From a virus (lineage: Duplodnaviria; Caudoviricetes): 27,974 bases of DNA. Below, in pieces: positions 7,687 through 16,522 of the stretch. Positions within the stretch are counted from its first letter, which is position 1. Each line of letters opens with the position of its first letter. The notes below the pieces were generated by a model. The model was not told the DNA's origin and ran no database searches. It saw only the letters and a program-made list of their open reading frames with translations. The translations under genes were made by a program, and so were the position numbers. The stretch is taken from the IMG/VR virus record IMGVR_UViG_3300047561_001115, positions 1 to 27,974 of that record, one strand, 5' to 3'.

Positions 7687-7688
7687 AA
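7681..7688 (+). promoter_or_regulatory. Candidate late promoter motif GGGTAAAA
   Basis: One of four copies seen, each upstream of structural genes. Confidence 0.55.
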
Positions 7689-7715
7689 CAGTCCCAGCAC
7701 CTATAAGCGCCCCCT

Positions 7716-7910
7716 ATGGCCAGTACACCTCCCGTGGGCGGCAGCAACCTAAACTCACACTACCCAAATTACGCGGCTGCCTGGTCCAGCATCGTCAACT
7801 ACGACGCTAACGGATATCCCCTATATCGCCTTCCCGTGGTGATGCCCCCTCAGCTGCGTTGCGCAGCCATCATTCCCACAGGTAGCACAAACGTGCCTCC
7901 AGCCATCTGA
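7716..7910 (+). CDS. Small putative virion protein, paralogous to the N-terminus of the next gene
   Basis: Shares LNxxxPNYA...GxPLYRLPV with 7919..11038. Confidence 0.75.
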   Translation: MASTPPVGGSNLNSHYPNYAAAWSSIVNYDANGYPLYRLPVVMPPQLRCAAIIPTGSTNVPPAI

Positions 7911-7918
7911 TACTTCCG

Positions 7919-10900
7919 ATGTCCCTAAATCCCCAATTCCCTAATTACGCCAACGGGCCAGCCGGTACGGAAGTTATCGCCTGGACCGTAGTTGGTGGTC
8001 AACCGCTGTATCGCCTCCCCGTCGCGTATGTGGACACGGGATTCGGTGCGGCTTTCGTCTGCCAAGGCAGTACTCTTGAAGCCCCGACCTATCCACAAGG
8101 AGTTTACACTCCTGACCCCACCTGGGAGTCGGCAGGCACAATTTCTGGTTCTGCCCAAGTCGGCCAGACACTGACTTTCACTCCTGGCACCGCTCTAGGA
8201 ACCGCGCCCCTCACAGAGGCATATAACTGGATCCGCTATATCCCTGGTGGTCAGTCTGTTGTTGTTGGTACCGGCCTCTTCTATTCACCTGTAGTTGCCG
8301 ACTACACTCACACTCTCATTGTTCAAAGTGTCGCGACCAACGCCAACGGGTCCGTCGCCACTCAGACACTCCCGTACGGTCCAGTTATTCCGGCGCCTCC
8401 CGTCATCGCCAATGCTGGATCGATCTCGTCTATACCTGCGAATACTCCCACACAGGGGGTTGGTTCCATCTCACTGACTGACGCTGGCGAGGATTACGTC
8501 TATGTCCTCGGCGCTCCTACAGTCACCTTCACGGGTGATGGTGTCGGTGCTGTCGCAAGCACGACTCTGGCTCAAGAAGGTCGCGTAGTGTCCGTCGTTA
8601 ATGAGCCCATCACGGCTCCTCCCAGTGAAACTGGGACCATCACCTACACAGGTGAGAATGGCGAGACTGATATTGTTTTGACATGGTCTTCTGACGCTTT
8701 AGGCGATGTCAGTGTGATCATCACTAATCCTGGTGCTGGGTGGACACAGGCGAATGTTGAGGCGTGTGAAACTCTGCAATACGGCACCTACGTTATTACG
8801 AACCCCATATTTACTAGCCCAGCTGCTTTCCTTTCCTATATTGGTGTTCCTCTCGCTGGAATAACTCTGACTAACGGCGGTTCAGGGTACACTGTGGCTA
8901 CAGCTGTCGTAGTGCCGGCGACCGGGGATAGTTACGGAAATAGTGCCACAATTGCGGTCACCCTTGCGTCTATTCCTACCGCCTACCCGACTGAGGTAGC
9001 CGTCTACTCAGGGCCCACTGTCACAGGGTATGTCCCTCAGGTATCTTGGGTTTGGGGATTTGGGGCAGGTATCGACTTCTCCCCCATCCAACTCGGAGGC
9101 ACTACGTATCGGATCAACGCGGGTGATGTCAACAAGGAGATCTTTGTCAAGGTCACGGCCACGAACACTGGTGGCACTGTGACGGCATTTTCTGCAGGCA
9201 TCGAGATCAAATCGTCAGCTCCTGTAGCCACTCGTTTCCCGAAAATCGGTCCTGTCAACCCCACAATCGGAGATACACTGACAGGGCAACAGGGCACTTG
9301 GGCTGGATATCCGACCCCTCTCGTTACTGACTGGGGCTTCGCCCAATATATTCTTCCCACTCCCCTGCCTATTCCCGCAGGCAATAAAGTTTACACCTAC
9401 CGGATTCCCGAGTCGGATGAAGGAAAAGCTTTCGTCTTTTATGTGACCGCCACCAACAGCGCGGGCACCACCACGGCGTACTCACTGCCAACTTTCCCAG
9501 TCTTCGACACCATTAAGCCAGCCACTCTGCCTGTGCTTACTGGATTCCAGTCGCCGGCTCAATACGGTGATATCCTGAAAGGCACTCCTGGAACGTTCGA
9601 TCCCGCAAGTTCCTACCTCTACAGCTACTTCGCTTACGTGGCGCAGGACGGCTCACTGACGGAGATTGCTGGTACTCGTGGCACCACCACTTACACCCTC
9701 GGCACTCCCGACTTGGGCAAGCAGATTATTTATGCGAGCTACGGCGAGAACCAAGGCAAGTATGGGATCGAACAGTTGACCATTCGGTCCACTTCTACTG
9801 GAACCATTCGTCGTTTTCTCCAAACGCTGACTGACGGGTCCATCTCCTTTACGGGCCCCGTTCCCATCATCACGTCCACTTGCCAGGCCACTGTGGGAAC
9901 ATTCAGTCCCGCGCTGGTCACGCCACCTTTCCCCGGTCCTTACGCTGTAGATCTAAAGATCGGCTACCTGAAGAACAACGTCGCCACCTACTTCGTAGAT
10001 CAGTCGGGTCCTTGGGTTTCCCCCTTCAACTTCACGGTTCCGTTAGAGGCACAGGGCAGCAGTCTGTTCTTTGACTACACAGTTTTGTACACAGACTACC
10101 TTGGCGCTCCTCAGCAAAGCGTCACTCTGCAAAGGGTAGGAGAGACTCCCCCGGCCCAGGGTGTGGCCCCTTATGTGCTCAACCCAGGCGGATACGCTCC
10201 GTCCAACAACTACAATCCTGGATACACACTTACGTTCAATCCCGCTGAGTTCTCGGGCGTTCCCGTTCCAATTCAGGCTTGGACTTGGTACCGCATTCTG
10301 AACAACGGTGGAGAAGTCGCGCTCCAGACCGGTGGCACCACATACACGCTGCCCACCAATTCCGAAGGGTGGAAGATCTACATCAAGGAAACTGCGGTGA
10401 ATCAGGTCAGCGGCATACAGGTTGTCTACCCGACCCAGTCAATTGGTGGACCTCTGCCCATCTGGAGTCGCCTGCCGATTGTCACTGGTAGCAACTTGAT
10501 GACCCCGTCTCAGTCCACCACATTGAGCTGCATCACTCCTCAGGCAATCAATCCCATCGACGGTGCGCTGCTTCCTTCGACGTGGAATTGGATGTTGCAG
10601 TATCCCGATGAGGCCCCAATCTTACTTGGCAACGCCGCGACAACCTACTCATTCGCCAATGAGAATGGCAGGTGGACGGGCGGTTTGGTTTACATTCAAG
10701 GGACCGCCACCAACGCTGTTGGTACCGTGACTTGTCAGTCCAATAAGATCCTGCTACAGGGCACTCCACGAGTCCTTCTCGACGGTGGTATCGGCGCTGC
10801 GATTCTTCCAAACAGAATCAGTATTCGACCTGCTACCTCAGACCCCGGCACTCAAATTGTCACCAACACCTGGGTTGTCAGGTGTTCTGGGGGCGCCACC

Positions 10901-11038
10901 GGACTTCTTGTGTCACCGAATACAAGCACGTCTGTCATCGGGATCGGGCCTTCTGTGATCAGTGGCGCACAAACCATCACGAATGATCAGGGTTCCACAA
11001 ACGTAGGCTTCGCAGACATAAATTACACCTTCCCATAA
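7919..11038 (+). CDS. Large virion structural protein with tandem Ig-like beta-sandwich repeats (fibre/decoration)
   Basis: Several repeats of about 95 aa with pattern P..SG...VG.TLT..PG...G.P...Y.W...TY....D.G..I...TATN..G; T/P/G/V-rich composition. Confidence 0.8.
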   Translation: MSLNPQFPNYANGPAGTEVIAWTVVGGQPLYRLPVAYVDTGFGAAFVCQGSTLEAPTYPQGVYTPDPTWESAGTISGSAQVGQTLTFTPGTALGTAPLTEAYNWIRYIPGGQSVVVGTGLFYSPVVADYTHTLIVQSVATNANGSVATQTLPYGPVIPAPPVIANAGSISSIPANTPTQGVGSISLTDAGEDYVYVLGAPTVTFTGDGVGAVASTTLAQEGRVVSVVNEPITAPPSETGTITYTGENGETDIVLTWSSDALGDVSVIITNPGAGWTQANVEACETLQYGTYVITNPIFTSPAAFLSYIGVPLAGITLTNGGSGYTVATAVVVPATGDSYGNSATIAVTLASIPTAYPTEVAVYSGPTVTGYVPQVSWVWGFGAGIDFSPIQLGGTTYRINAGDVNKEIFVKVTATNTGGTVTAFSAGIEIKSSAPVATRFPKIGPVNPTIGDTLTGQQGTWAGYPTPLVTDWGFAQYILPTPLPIPAGNKVYTYRIPESDEGKAFVFYVTATNSAGTTTAYSLPTFPVFDTIKPATLPVLTGFQSPAQYGDILKGTPGTFDPASSYLYSYFAYVAQDGSLTEIAGTRGTTTYTLGTPDLGKQIIYASYGENQGKYGIEQLTIRSTSTGTIRRFLQTLTDGSISFTGPVPIITSTCQATVGTFSPALVTPPFPGPYAVDLKIGYLKNNVATYFVDQSGPWVSPFNFTVPLEAQGSSLFFDYTVLYTDYLGAPQQSVTLQRVGETPPAQGVAPYVLNPGGYAPSNNYNPGYTLTFNPAEFSGVPVPIQAWTWYRILNNGGEVALQTGGTTYTLPTNSEGWKIYIKETAVNQVSGIQVVYPTQSIGGPLPIWSRLPIVTGSNLMTPSQSTTLSCITPQAINPIDGALLPSTWNWMLQYPDEAPILLGNAATTYSFANENGRWTGGLVYIQGTATNAVGTVTCQSNKILLQGTPRVLLDGGIGAAILPNRISIRPATSDPGTQIVTNTWVVRCSGGATGLLVSPNTSTSVIGIGPSVISGAQTITNDQGSTNVGFADINYTFP

Positions 11039-11039
11039 G

Positions 11040-11075
11040 GTTTACTGCCAACCAAACCACGCTATACTGTTTACG
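11040..11075 (+). promoter_or_regulatory. Sigma70-type promoter for the polymerase (GTTTAC-N17-TATACT), near-leaderless
   Basis: GTTTAC at 11040-11045, TATACT at 11063-11068, ATG 7 nt later, no Shine-Dalgarno sequence. Confidence 0.6.
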
Positions 11076-13874
11076 ATGACAAAACTCAACGTGCCGCTTA
11101 TGCGCAAGAATGAACTCGGCTATCCGGTGGTCTCAGACGAGATTCACCGGAAGCTCTTCGGCACTGTTCCACGCCCGGAACCGACTCAAAAACAGTTGGA
11201 CCGGGCGATTTCTCTTATGGAGAGGTTTAAAATTCCCGTGCCTGTCAGCCATGCCGATGGTATGTACGACGGGCCTCTGCCTCTGCCAGATCTCAAAGGT
11301 GTGACCATTGAGGATCACTTCGAGAAGATCGCCGAGGAACAAATTGGACACCACAAGAAAGCAGCAGATGATTTCGCTAAAGCCCCGTTACCCCCGATAC
11401 CGGGCATTGACGACATTGTCCTCAATCCTGGATGGACTCGCTACACGATTGGAGATAACGGCGAATGGGCTACGGAAGAAGTCCCATACCCTCTCGAACA
11501 AGCATTCACCTTTGACACTGAGACCTTCGTGGTTGGAGGCGCATTCCCAATCATCGGGACGGCGCTCTCCTCGGAAGCAGCATATATTTGGATCGCTGAT
11601 GAACTCATTGATCCGTCGATTCCGGTAGATAAATGGGTCCAATATGAGATGATTCCCATAGGGGAAAATAGGTTTGTGGCGGGCCACAATATCTCATACG
11701 ACCGTGTCCGTTCACGTGAGGCATATTCCCTTGATCGATCCGAGCCTGAGAACTTCTACTTCGACACTCTTTCTGCTCACATTGGTGTCAGTGGGCTGGC
11801 TGGTGGCCAACGTTGGCTTTACGTGCTGGCTGGCAAAGAACCTGAAGAGATGACCGAGGAGGAGAAGCGGAAGCTTCGTTTCGCTCCGAAATGGCTCGAC
11901 AAGGGCGCGACTAACTCCCTCGTGGAGTGTTACAATTTCCACGTCTACGAGGTTCGCAAATACTTCGGCGATGACGATGTGAAAAAACTCGGATACAGCG
12001 ATAAGGCCGTTCGAGATCTGTTTGTGAATTCGCCCGATCTCGGCGGTATTCGTATTGCGATCTTCGAAGCTCTCGACTATGCCATCAAAGACGCATTGTA
12101 CACCGCCGAGTTGTTTCAAGCGCTGTGGCCCAAATATCTAGATTCTACACCAAGTTTAGTTGGACTGTGTGGCATGTATCACCTCAACGGTTCGGTGATT
12201 CCCCTTCCAGATAATTGGAGGCAGTGGATTCAGCAGTGTGAGGATGCATATCACGAGCACATTCGTGAGATGGGCGACGTGTGTCGTACTCTCGCGTCTT
12301 CGGCTTTCGAAGAGTGGAGAGAAAAATACTCCCAGGATCCGGATTTGGCGGAGAAATTTATTAACGCTGACCCGTGGTACGAACAGCTAGATTGGGAGGT
12401 GAAGACTAATAAGGGTCGGTACGCCAACATACCAAACTGGTACCGTTCCTTCATCAAGGATCCGGACCAACGCATTACGACCAAGAGTCAACTCGCTCAC
12501 CTCATGCTGAAGTTGAAGTGGGAAAATTCGCCCATCATAATGGTGAAGAATAAAGGTTGGTGTTTCTATGATGAGGAGGGTGTACTTACTAAAATTCCTC
12601 ACCCGAAGAACCAAAAGGACAATGTCGGTGTCCTCCTGTCGAAAGATTTCGTCGATGACATGAAGGTAGGTCGCCTCGACAGTGACCTTCCTCAAGCGAA
12701 GCGAGCTCTCGAGATTGCAAACGCTACATCATACTGGACATCAGTACGGAAACGGGTGATGGACCGCATCTTCGTGAAAGCCCACAATCCGCATGGTGAG
12801 GATGCTTACATCACGTGCCCTGAGATTCTCGCTCACGGCACCGTCACTCGACGGACTGTTGAGCCATTGATGGTGACGATGTGCTCGACCAAAAATTACC
12901 GTATTGGCACAGAACTCAAGACTCGAGTGTCAGCACCAGACGGTTGGCGAATTGTAGGCGCTGACTTCGATGGTCAAGAGCTTCAGATCGCCTCAGCTTA
13001 CTGTGACGCGTGGGATACTGGCGTCGTCGGTGGTTCACCGATGGGCTTCAGTGTTCTCAGCGGTGCAAAAGAGCATGGCACCGATCCTCACTCCGCTCTC
13101 GCTAAAGTGGCCGGCGTCGATCGTGACACCGCGAAAGGTGTGGGTTTTGCTGTGCTCTATGGCGCTGGCGTTCGCACAGTGGCAAACACCATTCGCCGTA
13201 AGTTTCCTGACCGCAATCCTCGGGAGCTGAACAATCTCGCCACCAAAATGTTGGAGGCGAAGAAAGGCTTCAGAAAATATCGGTCTGAGCCTCTTCAAGG
13301 TGGCACTGACAGTGGTTGTTTTAACTATATGGAGCGTATCGCGCTGAAGCAAAAGGTTCCATCCCTTCCCTGTCTCGGCACTAAAATCTCGACGGCGATG
13401 AGGCCAGCTGTGGTCGGTGATGACTTTCTCACCAGTCGAATCAATTGGACTATTCAAGCCTCGGGCGCTGAGATTCTCGCCACCATCCTCACTGCGGCAC
13501 ACTGGCTGATCCGTGAGTACAAGCTCCAAGCTCGTTTCATCATCTCGATTCACGACGAAATTTGGTGGATGGCGCCAGAGAAGCACACGGAGCTCTGGGC
13601 GGCTGCCTATCAGATAGCACATCTCTACACATGGGCCCGCTTCCAAGCCTCTGTGGGGCTCTCTGACGTGCCCCTAAGTCGCGCTTTCTTCTCCTCAGTT
13701 GCCATCGATGATCGCATTCGCAAATCCCCTCACGAATGCACTGTCAGTCCCTCTAACCCCCAAGGCAAGGATGAGCCTGAAGGCAAAGAGTTCAGCATGC
13801 GGGAACTGGGTGAGATTGGGGCCATTGATAGGCTTAAAACTCGCTACTCAATGGTCCAACGCGGTTTACTTTGA
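11076..13874 (+). CDS. Family A DNA polymerase, mitochondrial DNA polymerase gamma-like, with 3'-5' exonuclease
   Basis: Exo I FDTET, Exo II GHNISYDR, Exo III YAIKD; Pol A GADFDGQE, Pol B RDTAKGVGFAVLYGAG, Pol C SIHDE. Pol gamma-type blocks: DTLSAHIGVSGL, GTVTRRTVEP, RIGTELK, TSRINWTIQAS, AFFSSVAIDDRIRK, SPSNP. Confidence 0.95.
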   Translation: MTKLNVPLMRKNELGYPVVSDEIHRKLFGTVPRPEPTQKQLDRAISLMERFKIPVPVSHADGMYDGPLPLPDLKGVTIEDHFEKIAEEQIGHHKKAADDFAKAPLPPIPGIDDIVLNPGWTRYTIGDNGEWATEEVPYPLEQAFTFDTETFVVGGAFPIIGTALSSEAAYIWIADELIDPSIPVDKWVQYEMIPIGENRFVAGHNISYDRVRSREAYSLDRSEPENFYFDTLSAHIGVSGLAGGQRWLYVLAGKEPEEMTEEEKRKLRFAPKWLDKGATNSLVECYNFHVYEVRKYFGDDDVKKLGYSDKAVRDLFVNSPDLGGIRIAIFEALDYAIKDALYTAELFQALWPKYLDSTPSLVGLCGMYHLNGSVIPLPDNWRQWIQQCEDAYHEHIREMGDVCRTLASSAFEEWREKYSQDPDLAEKFINADPWYEQLDWEVKTNKGRYANIPNWYRSFIKDPDQRITTKSQLAHLMLKLKWENSPIIMVKNKGWCFYDEEGVLTKIPHPKNQKDNVGVLLSKDFVDDMKVGRLDSDLPQAKRALEIANATSYWTSVRKRVMDRIFVKAHNPHGEDAYITCPEILAHGTVTRRTVEPLMVTMCSTKNYRIGTELKTRVSAPDGWRIVGADFDGQELQIASAYCDAWDTGVVGGSPMGFSVLSGAKEHGTDPHSALAKVAGVDRDTAKGVGFAVLYGAGVRTVANTIRRKFPDRNPRELNNLATKMLEAKKGFRKYRSEPLQGGTDSGCFNYMERIALKQKVPSLPCLGTKISTAMRPAVVGDDFLTSRINWTIQASGAEILATILTAAHWLIREYKLQARFIISIHDEIWWMAPEKHTELWAAAYQIAHLYTWARFQASVGLSDVPLSRAFFSSVAIDDRIRKSPHECTVSPSNPQGKDEPEGKEFSMRELGEIGAIDRLKTRYSMVQRGLL

Positions 13875-13902
13875 TTTAACATTCCTATTCTGAAGAAGTG
13901 CC

Positions 13903-14097
13903 ATGTCACGTAAGTCTAACAAGAAAAAATCCCGAGTCGCAGCGTCATTTTTGTCTCCGCTTCGACGTCTCTTCCCCCATGTTGAGGTGGTCCCACTCGA
14001 CAAACGAGGGCGAGAAATTCCGTCCTCAGTTCGAGTGTCCGTCAATTTGGATTACTACTCGATCGAAGAAGCTGAACGAATCGCATTCTCTCTTTAG
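13903..14097 (+). CDS. Small hypothetical protein with basic N-terminus
   Basis: 64-aa ATG ORF filling the gap between polymerase and kinase. Confidence 0.6.
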   Translation: MSRKSNKKKSRVAASFLSPLRRLFPHVEVVPLDKRGREIPSSVRVSVNLDYYSIEEAERIAFSL

Positions 14098-14103
14098 TAG
14101 CAC

Positions 14104-14664
14104 ATGTTAATTCTCCTTGGTGGTCCCGACCGAGTCGGCAAATCAACTTTGGCCACCCAACTGAACTATCTCTCAGGATTCGCGGTTAAGCACCACAACG
14201 CGCCTGACCCCTTCGATGACAACATTTTCGACATCTACCACCGAAACCTTGACAAAGGCGGAGACCAGATTTGGGATCGTAGCTACCTCTGTGCTTTCAT
14301 TCTGGAACGATTTCGTAGGCGAAACCATGATCACCTTGTTGAGATCATGGACCTCGAATTTGAGTTGAGCAAGAGACACGATGTGATCCATGTGGGCGTC
14401 ACCAAGCCTTGGCACTGGTGCGCACCACTTCACTGGGACGAGCTTCACAAGAGGCACAGTCAGCAATCACACTGGGTGACCCGTGATGAGTTTATGGCTC
14501 GTCAAAATGAGCACCACTTCTACATCGATGAGATGGAGAACTTCTATCGTTATGTGACGATGTTCCCATCATTCATTGTCGAGCCCGACTGGAGTGCAAA
14601 CGAAGTATGGGAAAATGTCAAATCAATCAACACAATGCAGCGGCCAAGATTCACCTTGTCTTGA
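14104..14664 (+). CDS. P-loop dNMP kinase-like protein, paralog 2
   Basis: GGPDRVGKST and WDRSY motifs; colinear similarity to 59..646. Confidence 0.8.
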   Translation: MLILLGGPDRVGKSTLATQLNYLSGFAVKHHNAPDPFDDNIFDIYHRNLDKGGDQIWDRSYLCAFILERFRRRNHDHLVEIMDLEFELSKRHDVIHVGVTKPWHWCAPLHWDELHKRHSQQSHWVTRDEFMARQNEHHFYIDEMENFYRYVTMFPSFIVEPDWSANEVWENVKSINTMQRPRFTLS

Positions 14665-14872
14665 GGTTATCTACACTGAAGAGTGGGCGATTGATGCGCT
14701 CGATCGTCTTCTTCAGGGGGACACCAAGGGGGCGAAAACTTCGCTTTCTTACGCCAACATGAACATCATGAAATTGCCTCCAGGAACCTCTTATCAGGAC
14801 CTGGAGGCTTTTATTCGTCTCATTGGGGTAAAAATGTACCAGACACCAGACCAAAAGTCACCAATCACATGA
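14615..14872 (+). CDS. Hypothetical protein (start uncertain)
   Basis: ORF 14576..14872 with first ATG at 14615; stop overlaps the next start (ATGA). Confidence 0.55.
   Translation: MSNQSTQCSGQDSPCLEVIYTEEWAIDALDRLLQGDTKGAKTSLSYANMNIMKLPPGTSYQDLEAFIRLIGVKMYQTPDQKSPIT
14826..14833 (+). promoter_or_regulatory. Candidate late promoter motif GGGTAAAA
   Basis: 35 nt upstream of the first gene of the tail module. Confidence 0.5.
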
Positions 14873-15198
14873 AAATCGTTTCGGAAACAGAGGAAACCAC
14901 AGTGGTTACGAAACCCTCAGCCCCTAAGAAAAATATCCTCACCTATAGCACCACTCTGAGCGACGGGCGTGAAATTATCATCCGTGAAATGACCGGTCGA
15001 GATCTTCTCTATATGGAGAAAGATCTCAGCAAAGCCGGTGATGTTGAGAAAGGGATGAAAATCATCGAGCGATTGAGTGTAGGGATCAACAAGATCACCT
15101 ATGACGAAGTTCTCGATCTCGGTGTTCGCGACTTCAAGAAAGTCAGTGAGCTCGTCGGACAGGCAAGCGGCGCCGATGAGGAAGAAGGCCCAAACTAA
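14869..15198 (+). CDS. Tail assembly chaperone (P2 gpE/Mu gp41-like)
   Basis: I.IREMTGRDL and ITYDEVLDLGVRDFKKV pattern of myophage tail chaperones; ends on a slippery heptamer. Confidence 0.75.
   Translation: MKIVSETEETTVVTKPSAPKKNILTYSTTLSDGREIIIREMTGRDLLYMEKDLSKAGDVEKGMKIIERLSVGINKITYDEVLDLGVRDFKKVSELVGQASGADEEEGPN
15189..15195 (+). other. Programmed -1 ribosomal frameshift site C CCA AAC
   Basis: X XXY YYZ heptamer in the correct phase immediately before TAA; the -1 frame is open from 15180 to 15626. Confidence 0.8.
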
Positions 15199-15626
15199 CT
15201 GTTAAGGACCGGGAAAACTTCACTTACGAGGTATGGGTAAATGAACGCGGACCAGTTAGCTTTCGTGACCTCACGCCTAAAGATTTTTACTTTATCCAGG
15301 TCCTTCAGAATGAGAACCTCCCTCCCAGTGAAATCGCAGTTGCGATGGTCACTCGAGTCCTCCTCGAGGAAGAACCACTCGAACAGTTGAGTGTCTTCGA
15401 GACACGAAAAACATTCGAATGGGTCTCCGAGAATATTCTCTCATCAAAAGTCATGACAGTTGAGTCATGGCTTCAAACGGCGTTCCACCTCTGCAAACAA
15501 CGCTGGGATGCCTCCATCGAGTGGATGGAGACACTTCCAGTCCCTAAGATCCAACTGATGATTGAAATCCTCAATCAGCACATCAAAGCTGAAGAAGCTG
15601 CGATGAAGAAATCGAAGAAGCGATGA
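15195..15626 (+). CDS. Frameshift extension of the tail assembly chaperone (gpGT-like; fusion about 252 aa)
   Basis: The -1 frame reads LTVKDRENFTYEVWVNERGPVSFRDLTPKDF... into ORF 15345..15626, with no ATG/GTG/TTG before 15345. Confidence 0.75.
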   Translation, partial: LTVKDRENFTYEVWVNERGPVSFRDLTPKDFYFIQVLQNENLPPSEIAVAMVTRVLLEEEPLEQLSVFETRKTFEWVSENILSSKVMTVESWLQTAFHLCKQRWDASIEWMETLPVPKIQLMIEILNQHIKAEEAAMKKSKKR

Positions 15627-16036
15627 TCACCTTAAAAGTGAAAAATATGCCTTCCATCAACACCGACTGGTGGAGGAAAACGCAGAGGGAGTGGGCGCCC
15701 ATCCTACTCGCCGAACAGAGACCGTTCTGGAAGGACGAGAGAAATCCATCAAATGGCGCACCGTGGACGAAATTGTCAACGGACTATAAAGCGTGGAAGG
15801 ATAAAAAATACCCTGGCCAGCCCATTCTTAGGGCAACTGGTCGAATGCAAGATACTGCAAAAATTGTGCCCTATCAGCAAGGTTTCAAGGTGAGCACTAC
15901 ACCATATGGAGCCTACAACCAATTCGGCACAAGCAAAATGCCCGCACGTCCGTGGATGGGCATTCCACCAAAAGCTTTGGCGGCACTCGGCGCCATCGCC
16001 TTTAAGAACATTTTCTTTTCAAAACGTAGGAAGTAA
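15623..16036 (+). CDS. Virion morphogenesis protein (P2 gpS/Mu gpG family)
   Basis: PWTKLS..Y, ILRATGRM, YGAYNQFGTSKMPARPWMG motifs. Confidence 0.85.
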   Translation: MITLKVKNMPSINTDWWRKTQREWAPILLAEQRPFWKDERNPSNGAPWTKLSTDYKAWKDKKYPGQPILRATGRMQDTAKIVPYQQGFKVSTTPYGAYNQFGTSKMPARPWMGIPPKALAALGAIAFKNIFFSKRRK

Positions 16037-16038
16037 CT

Positions 16039-16515
16039 ATGGCTACTCGTCGCAAACGCACTACTAGCGCAGATGGCACTTTAACAAGTGACAACCCCGT
16101 AACCCCCGAAGTTAATGAGGCACCTGCGGAGGAAACGTCTGTCGAAACTCCCGTCAAGGAAACACAAGCGTCTGTAGAAGCTCCCGCTGTCGAAGAACCA
16201 GCCGTGGAACCTGAAGCTCCTGTGGCGATTGAAGCGCCTAAGGCTGCAGCTCCCGTTGACACAACTGTGTTAGCTGAAATGCTTGCTGACAAACGCAAAG
16301 ATCCGGAGAAAACGGAACAGCCGAAGGATGAGGGCCTGAAGCCCATGACCGAGGAACGTCTCGCTGAAATTCGCGCCTCCGCCATTACACCTGCCTCTGT
16401 GGAAAAGTCCGCAGTGGATCAGATCATCGCTGATGCGGGTGTCGAGAAGACTCGCGGCCGCGAAATCGCCGCACGGCTTATGTACAATGCTCGCCAAAGA
16501 GGCGGTTTCGTCTAA
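16039..16515 (+). CDS. Low-complexity (A/E/P/V) hypothetical protein
   Basis: 158-aa ORF within the structural operon. Confidence 0.8.
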   Translation: MATRRKRTTSADGTLTSDNPVTPEVNEAPAEETSVETPVKETQASVEAPAVEEPAVEPEAPVAIEAPKAAAPVDTTVLAEMLADKRKDPEKTEQPKDEGLKPMTEERLAEIRASAITPASVEKSAVDQIIADAGVEKTRGREIAARLMYNARQRGGFV

Positions 16516-16522
16516 TTAAACG

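Noticed and set aside
13035-13646. 203-aa minus-strand ORF, and other minus-strand or alternate-frame ORFs such as 24981..25619 and 24566..25036
   Set aside because: They lie wholly within well-supported + strand genes and have no recognisable motifs; most likely shadow ORFs.
15345-15626. Independent 93-aa gene, or a sequencing-error frameshift
   Set aside because: A correctly phased slippery heptamer at the end of a tail chaperone gene explains it better.
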